Of a stretch of DNA of 64,000 bases, positions 9,562 through 18,873 are shown one piece after another; within the stretch, counting starts at the first letter, position 1; every line of letters starts with the position of its first letter. A model generated the notes under the pieces. The model worked only from the letters and a program-made list of their open reading frames with translations. It was not told where the DNA came from and did not search any database. Position numbers and translations under genes: made by a program. The stretch covers positions 2,848,001-2,912,000 of the forward strand of contig OZ223209.1 of the NCBI GenBank assembly GCA_965140415.1, in the 5' to 3' direction. This stretch comes from Myxococcota bacterium. Lineage in GTDB: Bacteria; Myxococcota_A; SURF-8.

Positions 9562-9923
9562 CAGTGTCCCTCCACATCCGCTCCGCTGGCTTTGGTCAGC
9601 TTGTTTGCGAGATAATCATCCACTGCCTGACGAACGGTGCCCTGGATGCCGGAATAGATTTCGATTTTCGCCGCATTCAGTGCGCGAAAGGCTTTAGGAC
9701 CGACGTGACCGGTAAGTAGGATTTCCACTCCAGCTTTGGAGACGGTTTCCGCCGCTTGAATGCCGGCTCCCTGAGCGGCGTGCAGATTCTGGGTATTGGG
9801 CAGAGTTTCGATTTCTTGATGGTCGCCATCGACTGTAACAATGCAAAAAGCCTGTGCACGTCCGAAACGTGTATCGGTTGGGGCGTCCCAGCCGGATCCT
9901 GCTGCCGTAACGGCGAGTTTCAT
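9558..9923 (-). CDS. NifB/NifX-family 'orange protein' (ORP)-like Mo/Fe cluster-binding protein
   Basis: MKLAVTA...DTRFGRA...GAGIQAA...LTGHVGPKAF...DVEGHW; RBS AAGGA before ATG 9923. Confidence 0.88.
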   Translation of the reverse strand: MKLAVTAAGSGWDAPTDTRFGRAQAFCIVTVDGDHQEIETLPNTQNLHAAQGAGIQAAETVSKAGVEILLTGHVGPKAFRALNAAKIEIYSGIQGTVRQAVDDYLANKLTKASGADVEGHW

Positions 9924-10003
9924 GGTTATTTCCTTTCGTTTGCTTTCGCGTGTTCCAAAAATCAAACAACTTCGCAGAAAATCCGCGCTTGCAGGTATAG
10001 ATG

Positions 10004-10019
10004 AGCAAAGGCCATGCCA
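10004..10019 (-). promoter_or_regulatory. Sigma54 -24/-12 promoter of the orp operon
   Basis: Minus strand reads TGGCATGGCCTTTGCT, a near-consensus TGGCAY-N5-TTGCW, 80 nt upstream of the first operon ATG. Confidence 0.8.
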
Positions 10020-10081
10020 AACAGGTTAGGATGGACAGTAATAAGGGGATTTGATTCGCTAATCTGGAAGGAAACGGAAAG

Positions 10082-11434
10082 TTAAAGGAGACCGAAACGT
10101 TTCATCTTGCGCCACAACGTGTTTCTGGAAATACCCAGTTCCTTTGCTGCTTGACCACGATTGCCATGGCAACGATCCAGAACGGTTTGGATCGTCTGGG
10201 CTTCTGCAGCCTGTAGTGGCGAGTTGCTACTGTTTTCATGATCGAGTGGCGATGATTCAGGCTGAGCCGTGCGCACATGGGTTTCAAAAGAGGATGGAAG
10301 GTGCATTAAACGCAAGGTGTCGCCCTGACAAAGCACGGATGCGTGTTCCACTGCGTTTTCTAACTCTCTGATATTACCTGGATATGGAGCTGCCATCAGC
10401 GCCTGCATGGCTCTTGAAGACACCTGCTTGATGCGGCTGCCTTGTATGGCGTTGAAGCGGCGAATAAAGTGATCCAGAAGCAACGGGATGTCTTCTCGAC
10501 GCTGAGACAACGGTGGAAGTTCCACTCGAATTACGTTAAGCCGAAAGTAGAGATCCTCCCGAAAGCGCTTCTCTTTCATTTCCGTTTCGAGGTTTTTGTT
10601 GGTCGCTACGATGACGCGCACATCGACTTTCTGTGTATGTGTCGCACCCAGAGGCTCGAATTCCCGTTGTTGTAAAACACGTAATAATTTCACCTGCATT
10701 GCTGGTGAGATGTCCCCGATTTCATCCAGAAAAAGAGTGCCGCCATTGGCCAGCATAAAGCGGCCAGGCTTGTCTTGTTTCGCTTCGCTGAACGCTCCGC
10801 GAACATAGCCGAACAGTTCTGATTCCAATAGACTGTCTGGCAGTGCCGCGCAATTCACGGCGATAAACGAATTTTTCCTTCTTGGGCTTAAATTGTGGAT
10901 GGCTTGTGCAACCAGTTCCTTCCCTGTACCGCTCGCTCCTTCGATCAGGATGGTACTGGGGCTGGCGGCTAGTAATGGCAAACGTTCCAGGATACGCTGC
11001 ATCTGCTCGTTTTTACTAATGATATCTTCAAATTCGTAGCTTTTATGAAGGCGTTTGCGAAGTTCGGCAAGTTGTGAAAGATCACGAAACATTTCCACAC
11101 CACCGAGCACCTGACCTTGGGAATCGAGCAGGGCGGCAGTGGAGACGGCAATCGGTATTTCGTCGCCGGCTTTGTTTAAAATGCTGATTTCGCGTTCTCC
11201 GATTTTCTTCCGGGTTCGAACGCTGCGTTTTAGTGGGCAATCCTGCTGGCAGATATTGGCATGGAAAATATCGTAACAGCGTTGGCCAATCGCTTCTTCG
11301 GAGGTGTAGTGCGTAATTTCCTCGGCGGCACGATTGAACGACGTGATCCGGTTTTCCGAATCTACTGTGAAAATGCCCAGGGGTGAAGAATCGAACAATA
11401 TGGGCAAATAGCGTTGGTCTAATGCACCAGTCAT
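10082..11434 (-). CDS. PAS-domain sigma54-dependent activator, OrpR-like (paralog 2)
   Basis: PAS with C-x8-C-x3-C, GASGTGKE, GAFSEA, FLDE, Fis HTH. Start taken as ATG 11434; the ORF extends to 11470. Confidence 0.92.
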   Translation of the reverse strand: MTGALDQRYLPILFDSSPLGIFTVDSENRITSFNRAAEEITHYTSEEAIGQRCYDIFHANICQQDCPLKRSVRTRKKIGEREISILNKAGDEIPIAVSTAALLDSQGQVLGGVEMFRDLSQLAELRKRLHKSYEFEDIISKNEQMQRILERLPLLAASPSTILIEGASGTGKELVAQAIHNLSPRRKNSFIAVNCAALPDSLLESELFGYVRGAFSEAKQDKPGRFMLANGGTLFLDEIGDISPAMQVKLLRVLQQREFEPLGATHTQKVDVRVIVATNKNLETEMKEKRFREDLYFRLNVIRVELPPLSQRREDIPLLLDHFIRRFNAIQGSRIKQVSSRAMQALMAAPYPGNIRELENAVEHASVLCQGDTLRLMHLPSSFETHVRTAQPESSPLDHENSSNSPLQAAEAQTIQTVLDRCHGNRGQAAKELGISRNTLWRKMKRFGLL

Positions 11435-11625
11435 GTGACAGAGACTATCATTGATGTCTCGAAAATGCAATATGAATAATCACTGTTTTGAAAATGGTGC
11501 AAAATTAAAAGAAATCGGATTCTAGAATGATATTTACCTTGAATCTAAGCGACCAGTCAGTCCTTAAATAACAATCATTTTAAATAATATCATGGAAGAA
11601 ATTCAATTTAATATGAATCTCCTCT

Positions 11626-12327
11626 ATGAAAGGTAGGAACACGATGAAGCAGCAATTACAAAAAGTGCGATTATTAAGCGACATACACCCTCACGATTTC
11701 AATGCGCTGGCACGTGTAACCATTGGAAAGAACTATGACAAAGGCGATTATATTTGCCATGAAGGTGAACGTGCGGTCAATTTTTACTGGGTAACTTCCG
11801 GTAAGGTGAAATTGGTGAAGCACACCACCTTTGGAAAAGATGTCATTCTGGAAATTTGTACAGCGGGTGAAACCTTTTTGTTGGAATCGCTTATGGATGG
11901 CAGTGAGCATCCTGTTTCTGCGATAGCCGCAGAGCCGACTTCGATTCTGCAACTGGAGCGGATCACCTTACTGCGGATCATGGACCAGAATCCCAAAATG
12001 GCACGAGCATTTTTGCGGGAAATGTCTTCGCGCAACCGGGTGCTAATCGATCAGATTCAGGAACTTTCCGTTGGTAAGGTGGATTATCGGATTGCCAACA
12101 TGGTTCTGAAACTCGGCCAGAAAATCGGAGAAGAAGATGCCAGTGGGCAGGTCAAGATGGACATTTCGCTGTCGAGACAGGATATTGCCGATCTGACGGG
12201 TACGACCATCGAGACGGCGATTCGTACCATGAGTCGACTGGCAAAGCAGGAAGTGCTGCGCACGACACGTGATTCCATTCTGATCTTGGATCGGGACAAG
12301 CTTGAAGATATCGCCGCTGGATTTTAG
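11626..12327 (+). CDS. Crp/Fnr-family transcriptional regulator
   Basis: cNMP-binding-like N-terminus (GKVKL...G), HTH SRQDIADLTGTTIETAIR; no FNR N-terminal Cys cluster. The start may be 11644. Confidence 0.9.
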   Translation: MKGRNTMKQQLQKVRLLSDIHPHDFNALARVTIGKNYDKGDYICHEGERAVNFYWVTSGKVKLVKHTTFGKDVILEICTAGETFLLESLMDGSEHPVSAIAAEPTSILQLERITLLRIMDQNPKMARAFLREMSSRNRVLIDQIQELSVGKVDYRIANMVLKLGQKIGEEDASGQVKMDISLSRQDIADLTGTTIETAIRTMSRLAKQEVLRTTRDSILILDRDKLEDIAAGF

Positions 12328-12370
12328 TAGAGTGGTTTAAGTATTAAGAGCAAATTGCTGAAAATGCACA

Positions 12371-12410
12371 AAAAAACGCCGGAAGGGTATGGGCCCTGTC
12401 CGGCGTTTTT
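12371..12410. terminator. Bidirectional intrinsic terminator
   Basis: AAAAAACGCCGGA...TCCGGCGTTTTT between convergent genes. Confidence 0.8.
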
Positions 12411-12427
12411 GGTCTGGTTGTAAAGCA

Positions 12428-14695
12428 CTAGTATTCCAAGCATCCACCATCTACGACATTGCCACTTTGATCCGTTACCGGAATGCAGACTTCGCCCACT
12501 TCACAACTGTTTGGTGTGGCATCACAGGTGCTCCAGCAAAGGTTATCTACACCTGGAGGCAGAATCGGCAAGCCCGCTACCGGTACGCATACTTTAAAGG
12601 GAATGTAACTGCAAACTCCACCAGGATTGTCACAAGGTTCTGCATTCAAGTCTGCGCATAGATCGAAGGGAGAGTCGAAGTCAGAGGCATCGATGCATGC
12701 GACATCCGAATCGCAAGTCGAGATATCGCAACGATTCAAGCAAAGCGAACCCAGTCCTTGCTGGGAAACGCAATAATCCCGACCAGCCGCTTCGCATTCG
12801 GAGTCTGAAGAGCAGGCTGTACATTCGCATGAATCATCATCGCTTGATTGCGGAATGCATTCGCCATCGACATATCCTTTGCCATGACAATAGGTATCGC
12901 AGGTGCGGGTATACCAGTGGTCGTTTACGGTACTACAGCGACAGAGCTGCTCATCGTTTTCGCACCAGTTCCATACATCCTCTGCTAAACAATCTCCGCT
13001 GCAAACCAGAGGCTCATCACCATCGACTATATCGCCGTCGGTAAGATCTCCATCCGGAACGATGTCACCGTCTGTGATGTCTCCATCGGTTAGATCTCCG
13101 TCGATCATATCGCCATCCACAAGATCTCCATCAAACAGGTCGATGTCCAGTTCCTCGTCGCCATCAACCGGGGGATCCGTACAGAAACAAGTGGCAATAT
13201 CTCCCATGATTCCACAACCATTGGAGATCATCTCGTTTGCAGCACAGAGTTCGGAACATGGATATTGCGTCCAAAAGCCATCTTCGCAAATACAGATGTC
13301 TTCGCTGTCTTCCACGCAGAACGTTTCATCAAGAAATACACAACCACCCTCGCAGTCAAGAGGATGCTCCAAGTCTCCATCGGGAATGAAGTCGCCGTCG
13401 ATTAGGTCGCCATCAATCAGATCGCCGTCAACATCACCATCGGAGGAGGCGAGCAGGGCGTCTATCAACGAATTGGATAAGCAACCGGATTGGTCGCCGT
13501 AGTTATCATCCGCAGTTTGCTGGTCGATAATGCCGGCTTCTACCAATTCTTGAGGGGAGAAGCAACGATAGTCGTCTTCCATGCGACATTGCTCGTCCAT
13601 GTCGCATTCAGCCAGACAGATTCCATAGCCTTCATACATCGGACCGAAAATCGGGGCGAGACTGAAGCAAAGACCGCCAAGGGCAGATGGACAACTGCTT
13701 TCCGGATCGGCAAGAGAACAGATGTTGGAGCAATAGCCTCCTGGCATCTCCGTTCCCGGAATAATCGCATCGATGTATTCCGTAGTCATGCAGGTGTCGG
13801 TCATGCATTCGTCGGCTGTTTCGCAAGGATCGCCAATCAGGCCAGTAATAATTTCCAGTTCCTCTTCCATATCCCCATCCGGTTGGACATCACCATCCGG
13901 TTGCACGTCGCCATCGGGCTGGAGGTCGCCATCCGGTTGGACATCACCATCCGGTTGCACGTCGCCATCGGGCTGGAGGTCGCCATCCGGTTGAATATCG
14001 CCATCCGGTTGAATATCACCATCGGGTTGGATATCCCCATCCGGTTGGACATCTCCATCGGGTTGGATATCGCCATCCGGCTGAATATCCCCATCCGGTT
14101 GGACATCTCCATCGGGTTGGACATCTCCATCGGGTTGGACGTCGCCATCCGGTTGGACGTCCCCATCGGGTTGGACGTCACCATCGGGCTGGATATCACC
14201 ATCCGGTTGAATATCACCATCGGGTTGGATATCACCATCGGGCTGGACATCACCATCGGGAGTATCGCCGTCAGGAGTGTCACCGTCAGGAGTGTCACCA
14301 TCAGGAGTGTCACCATCAGGAGTATCGCCGTCAGGAGTGTCACCGTCAGGAGTGTCACCATCAGGAGTGTCACCATCAGGAGTATCGCCGTCAGGAGTGT
14401 CACCGTCAGGAGTGTCACCATCAGGAGTGTCACCATCAGGAGTGTCACCATCGGGAGTATCGCCATCTGGAGTATCGCCATCTGGTTTAACATCTCCATC
14501 TGGGAGAGGATTTTCATCCTCATCACCATCGGCTTGATTGTCACCGTCCTGATTCTCTGTGTCAGTGATTTCAGAATCCATTTCCTGTTCGGAATCATCT
14601 CCATCGGGCAACGTCGGATCGTCGCTGGAAGAACATCCAGAAGTCAGCAAAAGAAAAAGGCTTAAGATGAACAGAGTCGCTGTCCATTTTTTCAT
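12428..14695 (-). CDS. DGD-repeat, Cys-rich lipoprotein
   Basis: Signal peptide II (LTSG-C), a long PDGD repeat stalk, several Cys-rich modules separated by further DGD linkers; RBS AAGGAG before ATG 14695. Confidence 0.88.
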   Translation of the reverse strand: MKKWTATLFILSLFLLLTSGCSSSDDPTLPDGDDSEQEMDSEITDTENQDGDNQADGDEDENPLPDGDVKPDGDTPDGDTPDGDTPDGDTPDGDTPDGDTPDGDTPDGDTPDGDTPDGDTPDGDTPDGDTPDGDTPDGDTPDGDTPDGDVQPDGDIQPDGDIQPDGDIQPDGDVQPDGDVQPDGDVQPDGDVQPDGDVQPDGDIQPDGDIQPDGDVQPDGDIQPDGDIQPDGDIQPDGDLQPDGDVQPDGDVQPDGDLQPDGDVQPDGDVQPDGDMEEELEIITGLIGDPCETADECMTDTCMTTEYIDAIIPGTEMPGGYCSNICSLADPESSCPSALGGLCFSLAPIFGPMYEGYGICLAECDMDEQCRMEDDYRCFSPQELVEAGIIDQQTADDNYGDQSGCLSNSLIDALLASSDGDVDGDLIDGDLIDGDFIPDGDLEHPLDCEGGCVFLDETFCVEDSEDICICEDGFWTQYPCSELCAANEMISNGCGIMGDIATCFCTDPPVDGDEELDIDLFDGDLVDGDMIDGDLTDGDITDGDIVPDGDLTDGDIVDGDEPLVCSGDCLAEDVWNWCENDEQLCRCSTVNDHWYTRTCDTYCHGKGYVDGECIPQSSDDDSCECTACSSDSECEAAGRDYCVSQQGLGSLCLNRCDISTCDSDVACIDASDFDSPFDLCADLNAEPCDNPGGVCSYIPFKVCVPVAGLPILPPGVDNLCWSTCDATPNSCEVGEVCIPVTDQSGNVVDGGCLEY
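13883..14485 (-). repeat. Coding tandem repeat: 15 x 15 bp (PDGDT) followed by 21 x 18 bp (PDGD[VIL]Q)
   Basis: Counted from the DNA: 14261-14485 has a 15-bp period and 13883-14260 an 18-bp period. Confidence 0.92.
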
Positions 14696-14975
14696 AGTTT
14701 TCTCCTTCCACAAAACGGCCTGCATCCTGGCAAACCAGAGGGGATGCTTGATATTTCGGCAAATATTCGCCGTTCAATTAACTGTTTTTAACGTTATCCC
14801 GAATTTTCCATTAAAAAACGAATGCCATGAGACAAATCCCATTGCAAGTCTTTTTAGTGGCCGCTAATACTTAATTGATAATGCGTTTTGGGCCTGATTT
14901 CAACCAAATTCTTAGCTGGCCGTCATCGCAGCACTCAAAACGCCGAAGATTCCCGTAAATTTCCTTGGAGTAGGT

Positions 14976-17096
14976 ATGCAAACGCAGGGTTGGCGCATGT
15001 GGTCGCCGCGATATTTAAAAACGATCGTTGATGCGACCCGGCAGGATCGTCTGGTTGTTAGCGGCGCGTCGATTGCTACAGCTCAGGCAAGGGAATTGTT
15101 AAAGGCTCATGCAATCCATGGGATGCATATTGAATTCGGTAACGTGATCGCGCATTGCAGTATTGAAGATTTGCTCCTTCATAAGTCGATCCAGGAGATC
15201 AGAAACTGGGTTTTGCTACAGCGTCGAAGGTCTGGGGCATCCAATTTGTTGCTACAGGCTATGGAGAAGCTGTTTTTACAGCGTAAGCCAGATGCTGCCT
15301 ACAGACTTCTGGATTCATGCGTCCAGACGAACCGATTCGGAACCATTCCTGTCCTACTTTGGATGCTCTATTTTCACGAACCGCTACGAGCGCGAAAAAT
15401 TCTGGAATTTAACGAGAATCGTTTTTCAACATGCAAGCAATGGATTCAAGCTGCTCTGCTATGGCGAAGCTTGTTTGCCGATGAGGATCGGGTGAATCGC
15501 TCCTTGAGTTGTGCGCTTGAAACTGCCGAATCCATTGGAGATAAGATTAGAGTTACAGAGTGTCTGTTGCTGCTTGATGAACCTCCATTGCGTATCGAAC
15601 GGCAATTTGAAGCAGCTTTGTCTCTTTCGGACAGTTGCCAGAATCTCGCTAAAGTTGGACTTGCTTGGCGGCGCTTGTTTGATAATGACAACAAGGCGCT
15701 CGACTGCTTGCGCCAAGCGGAAGAACAGGCAAAAGAAGCTTCTGACTGGTTGAGTTGTGCTCAAGGATGGATCTTGACCTTTCAGGGGAAGCACCACGCC
15801 GAACAGTGTCTATTAAATGCAACTGAACTGGTTGCAGATATAAAAGAAAAAAACTCGGAATTGACACATACGAGATTAGAAGTTGCTTATCACTGGTTGC
15901 ATATGCTTTGTGATGTCGATAGGACCCGGCAGCAACTGCATGACGTGATGGAGAGGCAGGCTACTGCAAGCCAGTGGATTGAATCTGCCAATTTATGGCA
16001 TGAACTGAGAACGGTAGATGCTCAGAGTGGCCAAGAGTGTGAAAGTCAAATAGAGAAGGCGCTGCAACATGCAAGTGAACATGCAAATGCTTTGCACGAT
16101 AGATGGGCAATCGTGCAGACCTGGAAAAAATGCAGTGGCGATCCGATGCTTCTGAAAAAGTGTTTTGCACATGCAGAAAAGAGTGGGTGTAATTGCCCTG
16201 AGATGACATGGGTTGCCTGGTTGTGGAAGGAATTCTTGGACGATACTTCCAGCACACGCCGTTGTTTGAAAAAGGCTGAAGAGTTGAGTTGTGAAGCCAA
16301 TGAGTGGCACATGGTGGCGGAAAGCTGGCAGGAATTGCTGGGTGCGGATAAAGAAACGGCGCGCTGTCTCGATCAGGCGGAGAAAAAAGGTCGGGGAGTC
16401 TCTTTTTTGCTCTCATTGCTAAAAGACTGGGACACCGTGACAGAAGGTGGGGAGAGAAAACGCCGTTGCATTACTCTAGCCTGCCGGATGGCCACTCGTT
16501 GCTCGGACTGGGTATTGCTTTCAAAGGCTTTTTCTGGCTGGTTGAACGATATGGATCAAGCTAATGAATGTCTCCGTCGGGCGCAGGACAATGCCGACTG
16601 CGTTTCCGACTGGTTGGATATTGCCAGAGAATGGAACAAGATCGACGAAATTGGATTTCATTGCCGTTTTGCGCTTGAATCTGCCGATCGGTTGGCAACG
16701 GCTTTTTCAGAAAAGCTGGATGTGCTTGTCATGCGGAAAGAATTGCTGAAAGACAATGAAACCCTGATTTCAGGGCTTAAGTACTTGATGAGATCCGCTT
16801 GTCAAACGGATGATTGGCTGGCATTGGAGCGCATGTTCCGAGAACACACGAAACATACAAAAGAAACTCTGCATTGTTGGAGAAAAGCCGTCATCGTTGC
16901 GGAAAGCACACAAGACTGGTTGAATATCGCGATGGTTTACAGCGAGTACCTAACGGTAGCGCATCTCTTTCACGATGCCGAAAAGACCTTGAAAACAAGT
17001 TTGGTCATGGCCGCGAATCTCGCCGAAACAGAGAATGAACGGAGGAGGGTGGATCGTACCTGGAGACGATTGATCGGTGGTGATATGCTGCGCTAA
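14976..17096 (+). CDS. Hypothetical alpha-helical (TPR-like) Trp/Cys-rich repeat protein
   Basis: 706-aa ORF with a recurring ~35-aa unit A..CL..A...A....W...A..W. Confidence 0.75.
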   Translation: MQTQGWRMWSPRYLKTIVDATRQDRLVVSGASIATAQARELLKAHAIHGMHIEFGNVIAHCSIEDLLLHKSIQEIRNWVLLQRRRSGASNLLLQAMEKLFLQRKPDAAYRLLDSCVQTNRFGTIPVLLWMLYFHEPLRARKILEFNENRFSTCKQWIQAALLWRSLFADEDRVNRSLSCALETAESIGDKIRVTECLLLLDEPPLRIERQFEAALSLSDSCQNLAKVGLAWRRLFDNDNKALDCLRQAEEQAKEASDWLSCAQGWILTFQGKHHAEQCLLNATELVADIKEKNSELTHTRLEVAYHWLHMLCDVDRTRQQLHDVMERQATASQWIESANLWHELRTVDAQSGQECESQIEKALQHASEHANALHDRWAIVQTWKKCSGDPMLLKKCFAHAEKSGCNCPEMTWVAWLWKEFLDDTSSTRRCLKKAEELSCEANEWHMVAESWQELLGADKETARCLDQAEKKGRGVSFLLSLLKDWDTVTEGGERKRRCITLACRMATRCSDWVLLSKAFSGWLNDMDQANECLRRAQDNADCVSDWLDIAREWNKIDEIGFHCRFALESADRLATAFSEKLDVLVMRKELLKDNETLISGLKYLMRSACQTDDWLALERMFREHTKHTKETLHCWRKAVIVAESTQDWLNIAMVYSEYLTVAHLFHDAEKTLKTSLVMAANLAETENERRRVDRTWRRLIGGDMLR

Positions 17097-17158
17097 AGTG
17101 TTTCACGTAACCTCATGTCTCATCATTTCTGTTTTCGAAAATCCATAGTAGCAAAAAG

Positions 17159-17191
17159 AAACGCCCCGAACCGTGATGGTTGGGGCGTTTT
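17159..17191. terminator. Bidirectional intrinsic terminator
   Basis: AAACGCCCC-GAACC-GTGAT-GGTT-GGGGCGTTTT between convergent genes. Confidence 0.75.
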
Positions 17192-17210
17192 AGTGTTGTT
17201 TAAAAGGTCG

Positions 17211-18278
17211 TTACTTGCTGCAATTGGCCTCCGGCGTGCAATAGCCGTTATCCGGGTCGTTCTGGTCGATGCCGATACAGCAGATCAGACCTTGTGAGCT
17301 ATCGCAGTTTCCAACTGTGTCCAGAGATCCGGAGGTCTCAGTGCAGAGATCCTGAGCGCAAAGTTCACCGTCTCCCACCAAGGGAACGCGGCATCGCAGA
17401 CCACTGACCGTGTCGATGCATTGCTTGGGGCAGTCGCAATCGTCACTGACTTCGCAGCGCCCGTTCGGGAAACATTCGATTCCGCCCAGACCATCGGAAA
17501 GACAGTCGTTGAACGGATCGCACATCGAAACTTCGTAAGCGTCACCGGCTGCGTTGCAGGTGAGGATTGCTTCTCCGCCTAGATCGCCCAGGTCGATGCA
17601 GTCTGGATTGCCAGGATCTTCGGTGCAGCAGATTTTCCAACCCGGCTGACAGGCGAAGATGTCTTCACGACAGGTGCCGGCATCACAGATGTAGCCTTCA
17701 CCATAAAGCGTGGTGCAGTCTTCCTGGCTACAGCATTCGGTTGTGCAGGGATTGTTTTCATCCACGCAGCGATTCAAGCGGCAGATGTAGCCCTCACCAA
17801 AATTCGGGTCGTTTTCACAGTCCCAATCCTGGCAGCATTCTTTATCGCAATCGACGATCAGTACGCAGGTGTGCGTGTTTGTGTCGCAGAAGTTGTTTGA
17901 GGGGCAGTCGGCATCTGTGCAGCATTGATATTGACAGACAACCTGGTCGGGGTCTCCACCGACCTGATCACCATCGGTGTTGTTATTGTTGTCACCATCG
18001 GTGGCCGGTTCGAACTTGCCGTTTTCACAGAGATGGTCGATGCAGGCTCCGTTGCATTCATCGTCTTTGATGCAGTATTCTGCTACCGAGTAGCACAATC
18101 CTTCCGGGGAGCAAACCCAAGAAGCCAAGCCGCCCGTGCCGCAGTCTGTCGCTTGATTGCAGGAATCTCGCTCCAGTTCGGAATCTCCATCCGCGTTGTT
18201 ATCACCGCTATCGGAACATCCGGCAATCATGGCCAGACAGATCGCAATAATCAGTAGTATGTTCCACTTCGCTCGCAT
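17211..18278 (-). CDS. Cys-rich lipoprotein with DGD motifs
   Basis: MIAG-C lipobox, SDSGDNNADGD, repeated CC.D.DC...C...C modules; RBS AGGAGG. Confidence 0.85.
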   Translation of the reverse strand: MRAKWNILLIIAICLAMIAGCSDSGDNNADGDSELERDSCNQATDCGTGGLASWVCSPEGLCYSVAEYCIKDDECNGACIDHLCENGKFEPATDGDNNNNTDGDQVGGDPDQVVCQYQCCTDADCPSNNFCDTNTHTCVLIVDCDKECCQDWDCENDPNFGEGYICRLNRCVDENNPCTTECCSQEDCTTLYGEGYICDAGTCREDIFACQPGWKICCTEDPGNPDCIDLGDLGGEAILTCNAAGDAYEVSMCDPFNDCLSDGLGGIECFPNGRCEVSDDCDCPKQCIDTVSGLRCRVPLVGDGELCAQDLCTETSGSLDTVGNCDSSQGLICCIGIDQNDPDNGYCTPEANCSK

Positions 18279-18401
18279 TTCTATGCCTCCTGTTTCGTCC
18301 CTGAAATGGGACTTTATCCGAAAAATCCTGTTCCCTGTTCGGAAACGTACTGGAAAATCAGCATTTATACAATCGGGTTCTAAGAGAAACCGTATTTTAT
18401 G

Positions 18402-18722
18402 TTAGTTAACCGTGTTGTCAGAGTCAACCGGCGGCATGATTTTTGTTGCTTTGCGCAGTGGAATTTCGCCGAAGCGGTTTTCATAGGCTTCGATTTGACG
18501 ATTCAATAGTGAAGCCAAGCGCTTAGCATGTATCGGATTCAGCACCACTCGGGAAAATACTTTGGCTTTATTGGTTTGCGGTGCCAAAAAGACGAAATCC
18601 AACAAAAATTCCGTTTCCGACTGATTCACCATGATGAAATTGGAGTATTGACCTCCGGCGACGGTTTCGTCGGCATGAATTTCAAGTTTGATTCCTTTTA
18701 CTCGTTTCGGTTGATCGCTCAT
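18402..18722 (-). CDS. DUF3467-family protein
   Basis: GQYSNF...EFLLDF...SRVVLNPIHAKRL...YENRFGEI signature. Confidence 0.85.
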   Translation of the reverse strand: MSDQPKRVKGIKLEIHADETVAGGQYSNFIMVNQSETEFLLDFVFLAPQTNKAKVFSRVVLNPIHAKRLASLLNRQIEAYENRFGEIPLRKATKIMPPVDSDNTVN

Positions 18723-18873
18723 AAATACACTCCTCTCGTTTGCCGTTTATCATAGACGTTTCGAAACCGATTTCAAGGAAATTATCGTTTACAGGAAGAG
18801 AAGCCTTGTGCTAGTGTGAGTGCCCGATTGCACGCAGGAAAAGCGTTCGTACAGTAAACAGGAGGATGTGAGA

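Noticed and set aside
5851-9923. NifB/NifX domains as evidence of nitrogen fixation
   Set aside because: No nifHDK or nifEN; the gene set matches the orp-type cluster of anaerobes.
11435-11625. FNR/CRP box in the AT-rich region between the activator and the Crp/Fnr gene
   Set aside because: Only half-sites such as TTGAT are present; no convincing TTGAT-N4-ATCAA or TGTGA-N6-TCACA.
13883-14485. Short direct-repeat array resembling a CRISPR array
   Set aside because: Units are 15 or 18 bp, contiguous, in frame, without unique spacers, and no cas genes are present.
13490-14665. Long alternative-frame and antisense ORFs over DGD tracts (also 13837-14604, 23556-25118, 25852-26706)
   Set aside because: They stay open because the low-complexity repeats lack stop codons in those frames; there is no independent coding evidence.
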